This document shows positions 1 through 9,365 of a stretch of DNA of 48,031 nucleotides, piece by piece. The stretch spans positions 1 to 48,031 of the forward strand of contig JAWAQK010000013.1 in assembly GCA_038893995.1 (NCBI GenBank), in the 5' to 3' direction. A model generated the notes under the pieces. It did no database searches and was not told the DNA's origin. It saw nothing but the letters and a program-made list of their open reading frames with translations. Position 1 is the stretch's first letter; each line of letters opens with the position of its first letter. Source of the DNA: Candidatus Thorarchaeota archaeon. GTDB taxonomy: Archaea > Asgardarchaeota > Thorarchaeia > Thorarchaeales > Thorarchaeaceae. Both the position numbers and the translations under genes were made by a program.

Positions 1-777
1 ATCAAGAATCATAGATTCTTTCAGGTCCGTTTTCGGAACATGGAGCGGGCCATGTCGTTTAGCTACAAGCCCGGCCAGTTCTTGATGCTGTCCCTGCCTG
101 GCGTAGGGGAGGCCCCCTTCTGTCTCTCATCTACCCCTAGCCGTCCAGGCATAATTGAACTGGGGATACGAAAGACTGGCAAACTGACTGAGGCCCTCTT
201 CAAGAAGAAAGACAATGACATAATCTACATCCGTGGTCCCTATGGCAATGGCTTCATGCTCGATTCAATGTTGAATCGTGACATAATCCTGGTTGCCGGT
301 GGTCTTGGGGTGATGCCCCTGCGATCGATACTGTACTACGTCCTTGATAACCGCGATCACTTTGGCAGATTGTTCTTCATGTACGGTTCTAGGACGCCTG
401 ATGACTTCCTGTTCAAGACAGAGTTCATGCAGATCAAGGAACGTGAGGACATAGAGTGCCTATACGCGGTCGAGAAACCCACTCCTGACTGGACTGAAAA
501 CGAAGGTGTTGTCACAAAGCTCTTCTCCAAGCTCCCTAAGATTGACAGCAAGGAAACAGTTGCAGTCGTATGCGGACCGCCGGTCATGTACAGGTATGTT
601 ATCAAGGAACTGCTGAACCTGAAGATCCCCAAGAACCAGATTCAGATGACCCTTGAGAGACGAATGAAGTGCGGTGTCGGAAAGTGTGGCCATTGTGCGC
701 TGGATCACATATACACCTGCATGCAGGGCCCGGTATTCACATACTGGGATGTGCTACACTTCAAGGAGTTGATCTAA
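1..777 (+). CDS. hydG: Group 3b [NiFe] sulfhydrogenase gamma subunit (FAD/NAD(P)-binding, 2Fe-2S), 5'-truncated
   Basis: Frame 1 is open from base 1 (IKNHRFFQVRF...). Motifs PGQF, RGPYGNGF, AGGLG, VCGPPVM, ERRMKCGVGKCGHC...CxxGP; directly upstream of the hydrogenase small and large subunits. Confidence 0.9.
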   Translation: MKNHRFFQVRFRNMERAMSFSYKPGQFLMLSLPGVGEAPFCLSSTPSRPGIIELGIRKTGKLTEALFKKKDNDIIYIRGPYGNGFMLDSMLNRDIILVAGGLGVMPLRSILYYVLDNRDHFGRLFFMYGSRTPDDFLFKTEFMQIKEREDIECLYAVEKPTPDWTENEGVVTKLFSKLPKIDSKETVAVVCGPPVMYRYVIKELLNLKIPKNQIQMTLERRMKCGVGKCGHCALDHIYTCMQGPVFTYWDVLHFKELI

Positions 778-778
778 A

Positions 779-1561
779 GTGTCGTCAAAACAAGAGAGCG
801 TGATAAAGCCCCGAGTGGGCGTCTATGGCTTTACGGGTTGTGCGGGTGACCAGCTATTGATAATCCACACGGAGGATGAGCTGCTGAACCTCTTCAATGC
901 AGTAGACATGCGCTCATTCGTCATGGCATCAAGTAATCCTCCCGAGGGCGAGTTGGATGTTGCATTTGTAGAGGGGAGTATTAGCACGCACGAGGAGGCG
1001 GAGCGCATCAGAGAGATCCGAAAGAGGGCCAAGATACTCGTGGCGATTGGTAACTGCGCGGTCGCTGGGGGACCACAAGCCATGTATGCCAAGGACGGAT
1101 CGTTCGAGAAGCGCATTCAACAGGTGTATGGCGACACGAAGTTCATCACGGACCCCCTCGAGTCCGCCCCGGTTGATGCACATGTGACTGTCGACTACTA
1201 CTTGCCGGGCTGTCCCATTGATGCCTCACAGATCTTTCCGCTGATCACGCGGCTGATCCATGGTGCCATCCCCGAGCCATTTCCTCACCCCGTCTGTCAT
1301 GAGTGTAAGCTGAACGAGAATCGCTGTCTCTTGCTGGACAAGAAGTTCTGTCTTGGTCCCCTTACCAACGGTGGCTGCGGGTCTGTCTGCCCAAGTCACG
1401 GGCTTCCGTGCGTTGGCTGCTGGGGCCCTCAGGCAGATGGCAACTTCAAGCAGCATTTCGAACTCCTAATGAGCTTTGGGATGAACAAGGACGAGATTGT
1501 GAGACGTGTCAGAAACTATGGGGGTCACAAGATCCTCGAATACATCAAGGAATTACAATGA
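779..1561 (+). CDS. hydD: Group 3b [NiFe] hydrogenase small (delta) subunit
   Basis: GTG start. GCAGD, VEGSI, GNCA, PGCP, VCHEC...CLGP...C...CP...CVGCWG Fe-S motifs. Confidence 0.92.
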   Translation: MSSKQESVIKPRVGVYGFTGCAGDQLLIIHTEDELLNLFNAVDMRSFVMASSNPPEGELDVAFVEGSISTHEEAERIREIRKRAKILVAIGNCAVAGGPQAMYAKDGSFEKRIQQVYGDTKFITDPLESAPVDAHVTVDYYLPGCPIDASQIFPLITRLIHGAIPEPFPHPVCHECKLNENRCLLLDKKFCLGPLTNGGCGSVCPSHGLPCVGCWGPQADGNFKQHFELLMSFGMNKDEIVRRVRNYGGHKILEYIKELQ

Positions 1562-1576
1562 GCGGAGGTAAGACAC

Positions 1577-2866
1577 ATGCCAAACAAGATCCTAGTGGAA
1601 CCACTTGCCAGGGTCGAGGGCCACGGTGGCATCAAGGTTGAGATAAAGGCCAATAAGGTCAGCAATGTTGAGGTTCAGATTCTTGAGGGTCCCCGTCTCT
1701 TTGAAACTCTCACACTGGGAAAGACTCCAGAAGAGGACCTCAGTATTGTGCCAAGAATATGCGCAATCTGCAACCTGTCTCACAAGTATGCAAGCCTCAG
1801 AGCGCTGGAGAAGGCACTCGATATTCAGGTCACGCCTGTGACTCAAGAGTACCGTCACCTCATGCATCACGGTGAGATGATAGAGAGTCATAGCCTTCAT
1901 CTGTACTTTCTCGCATTGCCTGACTTCTTGGGATATGACAATGCAGTCGCCATGGCCGACAAGTACGGTGACGTCGTGATGAAGGCACTTCAGCTCAAGA
2001 AGTTTGGAAACAAGGTGATGCGGGTCATGGGTGGTCGCATGATTCATGGTGAGAACCCCATACTCGGGGGATTCAGCAGGCTGCCTGACATTGAGACGCT
2101 TGTTTCAATAAAGCGGGAGGCACAGGAGTTGCTCCCGTTCGTACAGAGCACGGTTGACCTGCTCACGACCCTTGAGATCCCTGATCACATGGAACGCGAC
2201 ACCCAGTTCCTCTGCATGAAGCCGCCTCATAGCGGATACGACTATTACGGCGATGTCATTCTCACGTCTGACGGGAACGAATACCCCGTGGAAGACTACA
2301 AGTCTGTGATACAAGAACGGGTTGTCAGCCACAGCTTTGCCAAGCGATGTCACTACAAGGGAAAACCGTACACAGTGGGTGCGATTGCTAGGGTGCTACT
2401 GCTGGGAAAGCGGCTTAAGGGAAACGCTGCAGAGGCATACAAGAAGCTAGTAAATCCGCGATGGTACCGGAACCCACTGTACAATAATTTTGCTCAGGCT
2501 GTGGAGATGGTGTTCTCTCTGGAGAATATGGTCGAGACTATCGACAAGATACTCAAGAATCCCACTACAGAGGTCGCCAAACGAAAACGAAACAGCGGGA
2601 CAGGCACTGGTGGTGTCGAGGCACCACGGGGTACTCTGATACATCACTACGAGATCAAGGATGGTCTGACAGTCGCAGCTGACTACATTACGCCCACTGC
2701 AATGTTCTTGGACGACGTCGAGGAGTTCATCAGAAAGAGTGGTGACTCTCTGCTGGCAAAGGGTGAAACAGCTGGTCTGGAGCACCAATTCGAGATAATT
2801 GCCAGGGCATTTGACCCCTGCATCAGCTGCAGTGCCCACATGGTGAAGGTGTCTTTCAAGGACTAG
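1577..2866 (+). CDS. hydA: Group 3b [NiFe] hydrogenase large (alpha) subunit
   Basis: RVEGHG, L1 motif RICAIC, VEAPRG, L2 motif DPCISCSAH followed by a short cleavable tail (MVKVSFKD); SD GGAGG upstream. Confidence 0.95.
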   Translation: MPNKILVEPLARVEGHGGIKVEIKANKVSNVEVQILEGPRLFETLTLGKTPEEDLSIVPRICAICNLSHKYASLRALEKALDIQVTPVTQEYRHLMHHGEMIESHSLHLYFLALPDFLGYDNAVAMADKYGDVVMKALQLKKFGNKVMRVMGGRMIHGENPILGGFSRLPDIETLVSIKREAQELLPFVQSTVDLLTTLEIPDHMERDTQFLCMKPPHSGYDYYGDVILTSDGNEYPVEDYKSVIQERVVSHSFAKRCHYKGKPYTVGAIARVLLLGKRLKGNAAEAYKKLVNPRWYRNPLYNNFAQAVEMVFSLENMVETIDKILKNPTTEVAKRKRNSGTGTGGVEAPRGTLIHHYEIKDGLTVAADYITPTAMFLDDVEEFIRKSGDSLLAKGETAGLEHQFEIIARAFDPCISCSAHMVKVSFKD

Positions 2867-2884
2867 GGACAGCCTAGCTGTCCC
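2866..2884 (+). terminator. 8-bp GC-rich hairpin at the hydA stop (3'-end or stability structure)
   Basis: GGGACAGC-CTA-GCTGTCCC, followed by a pyrimidine-rich run; lies between convergent genes. Confidence 0.4.
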
Positions 2885-3037
2885 CCTTGACCTCCGATCC
2901 CTGGCACGGTTTCGAGCCCCAAATGGACTACCAAGCGTGTTCAGCGCGTCATTCATCAGAACCTGAGTTTCTGATCCCGGGACCCCGCCTGAGCAGAGGT
3001 CTGACATGTTTCCCTATGGACATACGTTCAGAGTCTT

Positions 3038-4306
3038 CTATGTTCCCTCGGCATATGCTCTTGCGTATCTTTCTTGTTCCTCAGTCAACCTGTCAATACT
3101 TACTCCCATTGTTTCAAGCTTGGCCATAGCAGTTTCCCTGTCTAGTTCCTTCGGGAACTCGTACACACCTGGCTTCAGGGACTTTCCATTCTTCGCCAGC
3201 CACATCATTGCATTCAGCTGGCCTGCAAAGGACAGGTCCATCACCTCAGATGGATGTCCCTCTGCTGCAACGAGGTTGACTAGTCTCCCCTCACCAAGCA
3301 GATAGAGCGTCCTGTTGTTCTCCATCGAGTACTCTTCAAGGCTAGGTCTCACGGTCCTCTTGGATTTGCTCAGTGCCTCGAGGTCGTGCAGGTTGATCTC
3401 TACATTGTAGTGACCAGCATTTCCAAGTATGGCCCCACTCTTCATCAGTTTCATGTGTTCTCCAGTGATGACATCCTTCATTCCGGTGGCTGTCAGGAAT
3501 ATGTCCCCCTGGGATGCAGCCTCTTTCATCCTCATGACTTGGTAACCATCCATCTTTGCCTGTAGTGCCCGCACTGGGTCGACCTCTGTGACTATTACAT
3601 TTGCACCAAGGCCCCGTGCTCTCTGAGCCATGCCTCTTCCGCAGAACCCGTATCCTGCGATCACAACAGTCTTGCCTGCAATCAGTATCGCCGACGCTCT
3701 CATGACCCCGTCGAAGACGCTCTGACCCGTGCCGTATACATTATCGAAGAGGTGCTTTGTATCCGCATCATTCACGGCCATTATGGGATACTTCAGAGCG
3801 CCGCTTGCTGCCATGGCCCTCACCCTTATGACCCCTGTTGTTGTCTCCTCCGATCCTCCATAGAGGCCAGATATCAGGTCCTCGTGTTTGGAGTGAATAG
3901 TAAATATCAGGTCTGCACCGTCGTCTAGAGTGAGGGTGGGGCCTATCTTGAGGGTCTGGTCAATACACCAGTAGTACTCCTCCGTGCTGAGACCGTTCCA
4001 GGCGAAGATCGATACATCACTTGCTGCCAGAGCTGCAGCCACCCTGTCATTCGTTGAGAGAGGGTTGCAACCGCACCAAGCGACCTCCGCCCCGATTGCC
4101 CTTAGAGATTCTACCAGTACCGCCGTTTCCTTTGTCACATGTAGACATCCAGCAATCTTCATGCCCTGGAGAGGTTTTGTCCTGGCGTACTTCTCTCTGA
4201 GGTGCATGAGCACAGGCATGTGCTTCTCGGCGTATTCTATCAGCATCCTGCCCTCTTCAGCGAGCCCGATATCTCTCACTCTGTAGTCTTTCATGTCTGT
4301 TTCCAT
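3038..4306 (-). CDS. ahcY: Adenosylhomocysteinase (SAH hydrolase); alternative start 4294
   Basis: GCLHVTKET, CNPLST, LDDGAD, EETTTG, KHLFDNVYGTGQS, GYGFCGRG, NAGH, GRLVNL, GHPSEVMDLSF. Confidence 0.97.
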   Translation of the reverse strand: METDMKDYRVRDIGLAEEGRMLIEYAEKHMPVLMHLREKYARTKPLQGMKIAGCLHVTKETAVLVESLRAIGAEVAWCGCNPLSTNDRVAAALAASDVSIFAWNGLSTEEYYWCIDQTLKIGPTLTLDDGADLIFTIHSKHEDLISGLYGGSEETTTGVIRVRAMAASGALKYPIMAVNDADTKHLFDNVYGTGQSVFDGVMRASAILIAGKTVVIAGYGFCGRGMAQRARGLGANVIVTEVDPVRALQAKMDGYQVMRMKEAASQGDIFLTATGMKDVITGEHMKLMKSGAILGNAGHYNVEINLHDLEALSKSKRTVRPSLEEYSMENNRTLYLLGEGRLVNLVAAEGHPSEVMDLSFAGQLNAMMWLAKNGKSLKPGVYEFPKELDRETAMAKLETMGVSIDRLTEEQERYARAYAEGT

Positions 4307-4372
4307 ACCGATGACTTTCCACTATATGAACCATACACAGCGACCATCGTCGTCCCTTACATGCAGACTAGT

Positions 4373-4969
4373 CTAGGTTTCAGATATACTGGTAATGGGG
4401 TGTGTTTCTATGAGCAGTCTGTCCCAGAGACCATCTCCCCTGTAGCGACGAAGTATCAACAGCATCCATCCAACCATCATTACGCTCACGATCAAGTTGG
4501 CAAGAAAATAGGGAACTCCGTTTGGCTCTCCTAGAGGTGTGAACAACAATACCAACGGTCCAACGATGCTGTAGGGGTCGACATACGGCCACAGGAGTGC
4601 ATTGTACCAGTGCATTGTGTAGTCTAGAACGAGATGACTCACCACCCCGCAGAAACAGGAGATGATGAGCCATGGACCAACAGCACAGCGCCGTTTCAGT
4701 GTTTCATCATTGACATTGAAGACTCGACCTACCAGCGGTGGGTAGATGGCTGTCGTGACTAGTACTGCGAGTATCGTGCCGATTGTTGTCGCTCCCAATA
4801 TGCTGTGCAGAAGAAGATGGTCTGGGACAGTTTCACCGAACAGAAGATGCATCAGAGGTACCTCGATGTCTGGTATGACGGAGCCCACGATGAGTCCGGG
4901 GAGCGACAGCCTACGATCCAGCTTGGATATCGAGTGGGCGAGTGGAAAATGAAGAGGGGTGACTGGCAT
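4373..4969 (-). CDS. Membrane-bound putative metal-dependent hydrolase (DUF4184/YdjM-like)
   Basis: MPxTPxH N-terminus, GSxIPD, HS, SHxxLD, and about 4 hydrophobic segments. Confidence 0.7.
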   Translation of the reverse strand: MPVTPLHFPLAHSISKLDRRLSLPGLIVGSVIPDIEVPLMHLLFGETVPDHLLLHSILGATTIGTILAVLVTTAIYPPLVGRVFNVNDETLKRRCAVGPWLIISCFCGVVSHLVLDYTMHWYNALLWPYVDPYSIVGPLVLLFTPLGEPNGVPYFLANLIVSVMMVGWMLLILRRYRGDGLWDRLLIETHPITSISET

Positions 4970-5051
4970 TCTGTAGGCTCTACACCTATCGTCTGACGCT
5001 CTTCAATACTCTTATCAATACCGTCCCCCCTGGCGTGGTTGGTGTTTCATA

Positions 5052-5567
5052 TTGGGCATCTACGAGTTTGATGGGAAGCGTCCACGGATCGACCCAGAGG
5101 CATATGTATCACCTCGTGCATCAGTCATCGGGGACGTCAAGATTGGTCCTCACTCCAGCGTATGGGAGTTTGCTGTCATCAGGGCGGACATGAACTATAT
5201 CGTAATAGGTGAAGGTTCATCAATACAGGACAACGTCACTGTTCACTGCGAGTTCATGAACCCTACTGAGATTGGCAATTACGTTACAGTGGGACACAAC
5301 GCCGTCATCCACGGGGCCCGTCTGGGGGACGACGTGGTCGTGGGAATTGGTGCGGTTGTCCTCTCAGGATCGATCATAGGGGCAGGTTCGGTGGTCGGAG
5401 CCGGGGCAGTAGTGACCGAGAACTCGCAGATTCCTCCAAACTCACTCGTGCTCGGAGTCCCAGGTAAGGTGGTGAAGGAGGTTCCAGCTTCCCTGCGTGA
5501 GTCCTTTAGGAACAATGCATCTCTCTACGTTGAACTCGGCAAGAAGCACAAGGCCTCCTCGCGCTGA
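5052..5567 (+). CDS. Gamma-class carbonic anhydrase family protein (YrdA/PaaY/CaiE-like)
   Basis: TTG start. Hexapeptide repeats, IRAD, IQDNVTVH, TVGHNAVIHG (three His ligands), GVPGKV. Confidence 0.92.
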   Translation: MGIYEFDGKRPRIDPEAYVSPRASVIGDVKIGPHSSVWEFAVIRADMNYIVIGEGSSIQDNVTVHCEFMNPTEIGNYVTVGHNAVIHGARLGDDVVVGIGAVVLSGSIIGAGSVVGAGAVVTENSQIPPNSLVLGVPGKVVKEVPASLRESFRNNASLYVELGKKHKASSR

Positions 5568-6136
5568 TCTATACCACTGCATCTAGGTCCATAGTGGGTG
5601 TGTCATCTGCCACCCTGATGAAGAGCCATAGACTCACCGTTACCAGTCGTGCACTGAGGCAATGAAGTCAGAGAAGTAGACAGACTACTTCACTCATCTG
5701 AGATAGACTCAGTGACTTTCTGGACTCCAGTGCAACCTCGGTATCGGATTCCCGAGGTCGCCGGGGAACGCTTGGATAACACGCACGTGTTTAAGTCAGG
5801 TTACGACCATACCTCGTGCGGCACGCAGTACTCTCAGTCTAGCAAGCAAGATGCTCATGGACCCTCACAACAACTCTGGAAACAATTGGTGAAGAGACAG
5901 TATCTCACGCAGTCGTCTTTCTCCCGATGCTGAGGGCACTGACTGCCGTCCTCACCCCACCCGATCCTAGGGGATTCGAAGACATCAACGGCCTACATGC
6001 AGTTGGCCAGGCAGAGTACATTGCGACGGATATATCTGATTATACCAGTCTGACCTCCGATGGCGCCCCCTACTGATTGAAGTATTCTATTTGGTGGTCC
6101 TCTTCGTCACAGGATGTGGATCGATTCTCTGCTTCC

Positions 6137-7885
6137 CTATGCCAGTCCTCTTTTCTTCATCTCCCTTGCCCTGAGCTCTCTTCTCAGGACCTTTCCGACC
6201 TGGGACATTGGAAGTGAGTCGACTATCTCAATCTCCCTCGGTCGCTTGTACCCTGCCATTCTGGACCTGGCCCATTCCAGGAGTTCCTCCGGGGTGGCTG
6301 TCTGACCCGGCTTCAGGACTATGAACGCCTTCGCAAACTCGTTTCCGGGTTCGTCCTCACGAGGAAGACCGATGACTGCTGCCATCGCCACCTTGGGATG
6401 TTCGTAGAATGCGTCCTCGATCTCTCTTGGGTAGGCCTTCAGTCCTCCTATGTTGAGCATGTCCTTCTTCCTGTCAGAGAGTATCGTGAAGCCCTCCTCG
6501 TCCATGTGACCGATATCACCCGTGAGGAAGAACCTCTTTCCGTCAATGGTCCTGAATACGAGTTCGTCCTCCTTGGGTTTGTTCCAGTAGCCCTTCATCA
6601 CCTGCGGTCCCGAAACAGCGATCTCTCCAGTCTCCCCCTGGGGTAGCTCCCTCGTTCCGGTTTCCAGATCAACTATCTTGCAGTCGGTATCAGATATTGG
6701 GAGACCGATGGAACCGAATTTCCGGTCCTTCCTGGTCGTGGGATTGATGTGCGTAACAGGGGACGTCTCGCTCAGGCCATAACCCTCAAACAGGATAGCA
6801 CCAGTCACAGCCTCGAAGTTCTTCGCCAGTTCAGGCGGGAGCGGCGCAGCCCCGGAGCTGCATATCTTGATGGACCTCAAGTTGTACTTCTTTACATGGG
6901 GATGGTTGACTATGGCCGCATACAGTGCAGGTACACAGTTGAGTATGGTCCCACGGTATTTTGCAATGCTTTTCAGTAAGACGGTCAGAGGTGGTTTTCC
7001 AGCTCTGGGATCTGGTATGCAGATGAGCTGCCCACCTGTGTAGGCGGACATCAGCATTGTGAGTGTCAATCCGTAGCTGTGATACCAGGGCAGCGCTCCA
7101 ACAAACACCTCGTCGCCGTAGAGTATCTTCTGCGGAGCATCGATGTCCTCCTTTGATAGATTTACCCATTCGTATATCTGGTTGATATTCGCGACAATAT
7201 TGAAATGGGTCAGAGAAGCGCCCTTTGGAGTTCCTGTGGTTCCTCCCGTGTACAGTATCAGCGCGAGATCATCTGGATCAATCTTGACGTCGGGTGCAAC
7301 TGGATCATAGCTACCTATGATTTCATCGTAGAAGATGGTCTTGTCCATCTCATAGACCGGGCTCTTTGGGATCTTCTTCAGCACTGAGCCAAGAACAGCC
7401 TTGATCCTTGGTAGGAACGACTTTACACTGCACACTATCACCTTTCGGACATCGGTACCCTTGATTGCCTCATAGCATGTTGGAGTAAAGACAGGATGGT
7501 CGAGTACGAAGACCATCGTGGCACCTGAGTCTCTTAGTTGAAAGTTCAGCTCAGCAGCCTTGTACATGGGGTTACAAGTCACCGTTGTGGCTCCTGCCTT
7601 GAGACACCCAAATAGGACGGGTGGAAAGTGTGGAACATTGGGCAAGAATAGTGCGACTCTGTCCCCTTTCTTGATGCCTTCCTTCGCAAGGAAGTTGGCG
7701 ATCCTATTTGCATGGTCCTGGACTTCACGAAACGTGTTGGTCTTACCCTCGAAGATAGTGTAGACCTTATTGCCAACCTTCTCTGCGGCTCTGTCGAGCA
7801 TTGCAAAAATGGGCTCCCTAGGATAGTCGAGTGACCTCCTGACCTCCTTGGGCCACTTGTGCTTGTGCCACAGCTTCTCCTGCAT
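6137..7885 (-). CDS. Long-chain-fatty-acid/acyl-CoA ligase (AMP-forming)
   Basis: YTGGTTGTPKG, EGYGLSE, TGDIG, DRKKDM, GKVLRR adenylate-forming motifs. Confidence 0.93.
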   Translation of the reverse strand: MQEKLWHKHKWPKEVRRSLDYPREPIFAMLDRAAEKVGNKVYTIFEGKTNTFREVQDHANRIANFLAKEGIKKGDRVALFLPNVPHFPPVLFGCLKAGATTVTCNPMYKAAELNFQLRDSGATMVFVLDHPVFTPTCYEAIKGTDVRKVIVCSVKSFLPRIKAVLGSVLKKIPKSPVYEMDKTIFYDEIIGSYDPVAPDVKIDPDDLALILYTGGTTGTPKGASLTHFNIVANINQIYEWVNLSKEDIDAPQKILYGDEVFVGALPWYHSYGLTLTMLMSAYTGGQLICIPDPRAGKPPLTVLLKSIAKYRGTILNCVPALYAAIVNHPHVKKYNLRSIKICSSGAAPLPPELAKNFEAVTGAILFEGYGLSETSPVTHINPTTRKDRKFGSIGLPISDTDCKIVDLETGTRELPQGETGEIAVSGPQVMKGYWNKPKEDELVFRTIDGKRFFLTGDIGHMDEEGFTILSDRKKDMLNIGGLKAYPREIEDAFYEHPKVAMAAVIGLPREDEPGNEFAKAFIVLKPGQTATPEELLEWARSRMAGYKRPREIEIVDSLPMSQVGKVLRRELRAREMKKRGLA

Positions 7886-8085
7886 TCATCTCTCCCTCTA
7901 TCAGCAGACACGCAAGCCGCGTGATGACAGCGACAGATGGTATGTCTCTTGCATGCCGAGATATCTCCTTTTCTCTCGGCCCAGTTGAACAACTTCAGTT
8001 AGGTTAGACAACGGCTACCCCCGCATGTACATCGTGCATGGGGGTTACTGGTCGGATCATATTCGGAGTCTTCTCGGACCCGAGC

Positions 8086-8092
8086 TATATAA
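8086..8092. promoter_or_regulatory. TATA box in the divergent ligase/dehydratase intergenic region
   Basis: TATATAA in a GC-rich background, 65 bp upstream of the 8157 start. Confidence 0.5.
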
Positions 8093-8156
8093 GTGCCAGA
8101 ATAGGTGTACTTGATCGGTATAGTATCCATCTGTAACCCGCCGTGGGGTCATCACA

Positions 8157-9365
8157 TTGAACTACGCTGAGTTATTCAGGCTCTCGATGGATCGTCTCAC
8201 GCGTGCTCGTGACAACGGTGTTCACCTATTGGGGTACATCTATCCTCATGCACCGGTCGAACTCGTCCTAGCTTATGGTGTTGTACCAAGCTTAGTATGG
8301 GTCAGTCCTGTTAGTAGTGGTTCCTATGAACATAGCCTCCAGACATTCGCGTGCTCATATAGCCGAAATCTATTCGGCCAGAGGTCGGAAGAACGGCTTG
8401 GACCGTACTCCAGTTTCCTGTTTCCGAGCAACACATGTGATTCTCTCCAGAATCTCGCCGACATATGGCGTCATCGTTTCCCCCAGGACAGAGTACTTCG
8501 ACTCTCCTATCCAGCCACTGATTACGGACCAGACTCCATCGCTTACATGGCTAGTGAGCTGCGTGAACTCTCGTCCATGTTGAGAGATCTTACTGGCAGG
8601 GACTTTTCCGAGGCGCAATTCAGGACATCATGTCAGCACGTTGGAGAGATGCGTTTCATGCTACAGCGTCTGTACATTCTCCGGGCCATGTACCCAGACA
8701 CGATATCGTACGGTCGTCTTGCAGAGCTCGTGAGACTGTTCCTCACTCTGCCCGATGAAGAGTGCCTTTCCACCATCAGGGATGCCCACACGAGGATCAG
8801 TGAGTCGGTCGGTGGGTCTGTCGATCGCGATATGGAGGGCGTCCGCAGATCTCTTCTTGAAAAACACTTTACAAGCCTAGTTCCAACACGTGCTGACGAC
8901 AGTCTCAGAGTCGCGATAGTAGGAGGTATGGTAGAACCCGTGTCTATTGCCGACCTCTTTGAGTCAGCGACTGGTGGCAGACTCAGTCCCGTGTTTGACT
9001 TTCTCTCATTTGGCTACAAGAGCGTCTTCGTTCCACCTGTTCCGCCGTCTGGAGATCCTCATCAAGAAATGGCCCGATCACTCATGGCCTCACCCAAGGA
9101 ACCTACCACGCAGGGGCTTGAGAGCCGCATGTCGGATCTACAGGCAATGGTCCGTGGATTGCATATTGATGGGCTTGTTGTCTGCGAACAACAGTTCTGT
9201 GATCCAGATGGTTTTGAGGCACCATCCGTTGAAAGGGCCGCGAAAAGCATGAGTATTCCCTGTCTTAGACTACCCATTGACCCCGAATTGTCAGACCGAT
9301 CCCGACTGGTGGGGCGAATACAGGCGTTTCTAGAAACACTTGGAGGAGGTAGGCATCTTGTCTGA
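8157..9365 (+). CDS. 2-hydroxyacyl-CoA dehydratase / benzoyl-CoA reductase family subunit (HgdB/BcrC/BzdN-like)
   Basis: TTG start. PVEL, LQTFACS, TCDSLQN, FCDP, RIQAFLE; three conserved Cys for a 4Fe-4S cluster. Confidence 0.85.
   Translation: MNYAELFRLSMDRLTRARDNGVHLLGYIYPHAPVELVLAYGVVPSLVWVSPVSSGSYEHSLQTFACSYSRNLFGQRSEERLGPYSSFLFPSNTCDSLQNLADIWRHRFPQDRVLRLSYPATDYGPDSIAYMASELRELSSMLRDLTGRDFSEAQFRTSCQHVGEMRFMLQRLYILRAMYPDTISYGRLAELVRLFLTLPDEECLSTIRDAHTRISESVGGSVDRDMEGVRRSLLEKHFTSLVPTRADDSLRVAIVGGMVEPVSIADLFESATGGRLSPVFDFLSFGYKSVFVPPVPPSGDPHQEMARSLMASPKEPTTQGLESRMSDLQAMVRGLHIDGLVVCEQQFCDPDGFEAPSVERAAKSMSIPCLRLPIDPELSDRSRLVGRIQAFLETLGGGRHLV

Noticed and set aside
5614-5702. CTGATGA suggesting a hammerhead ribozyme or C/D-box sRNA
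   Set aside because: No GAAA after the putative stem II, and C/D'/C'/D spacing does not fit 10-12-nt guides.
5960-6000. TTCGAAT T-loop-like motif on the minus strand suggesting a tRNA
   Set aside because: The flanks do not form a T-stem and no cloverleaf can be built.
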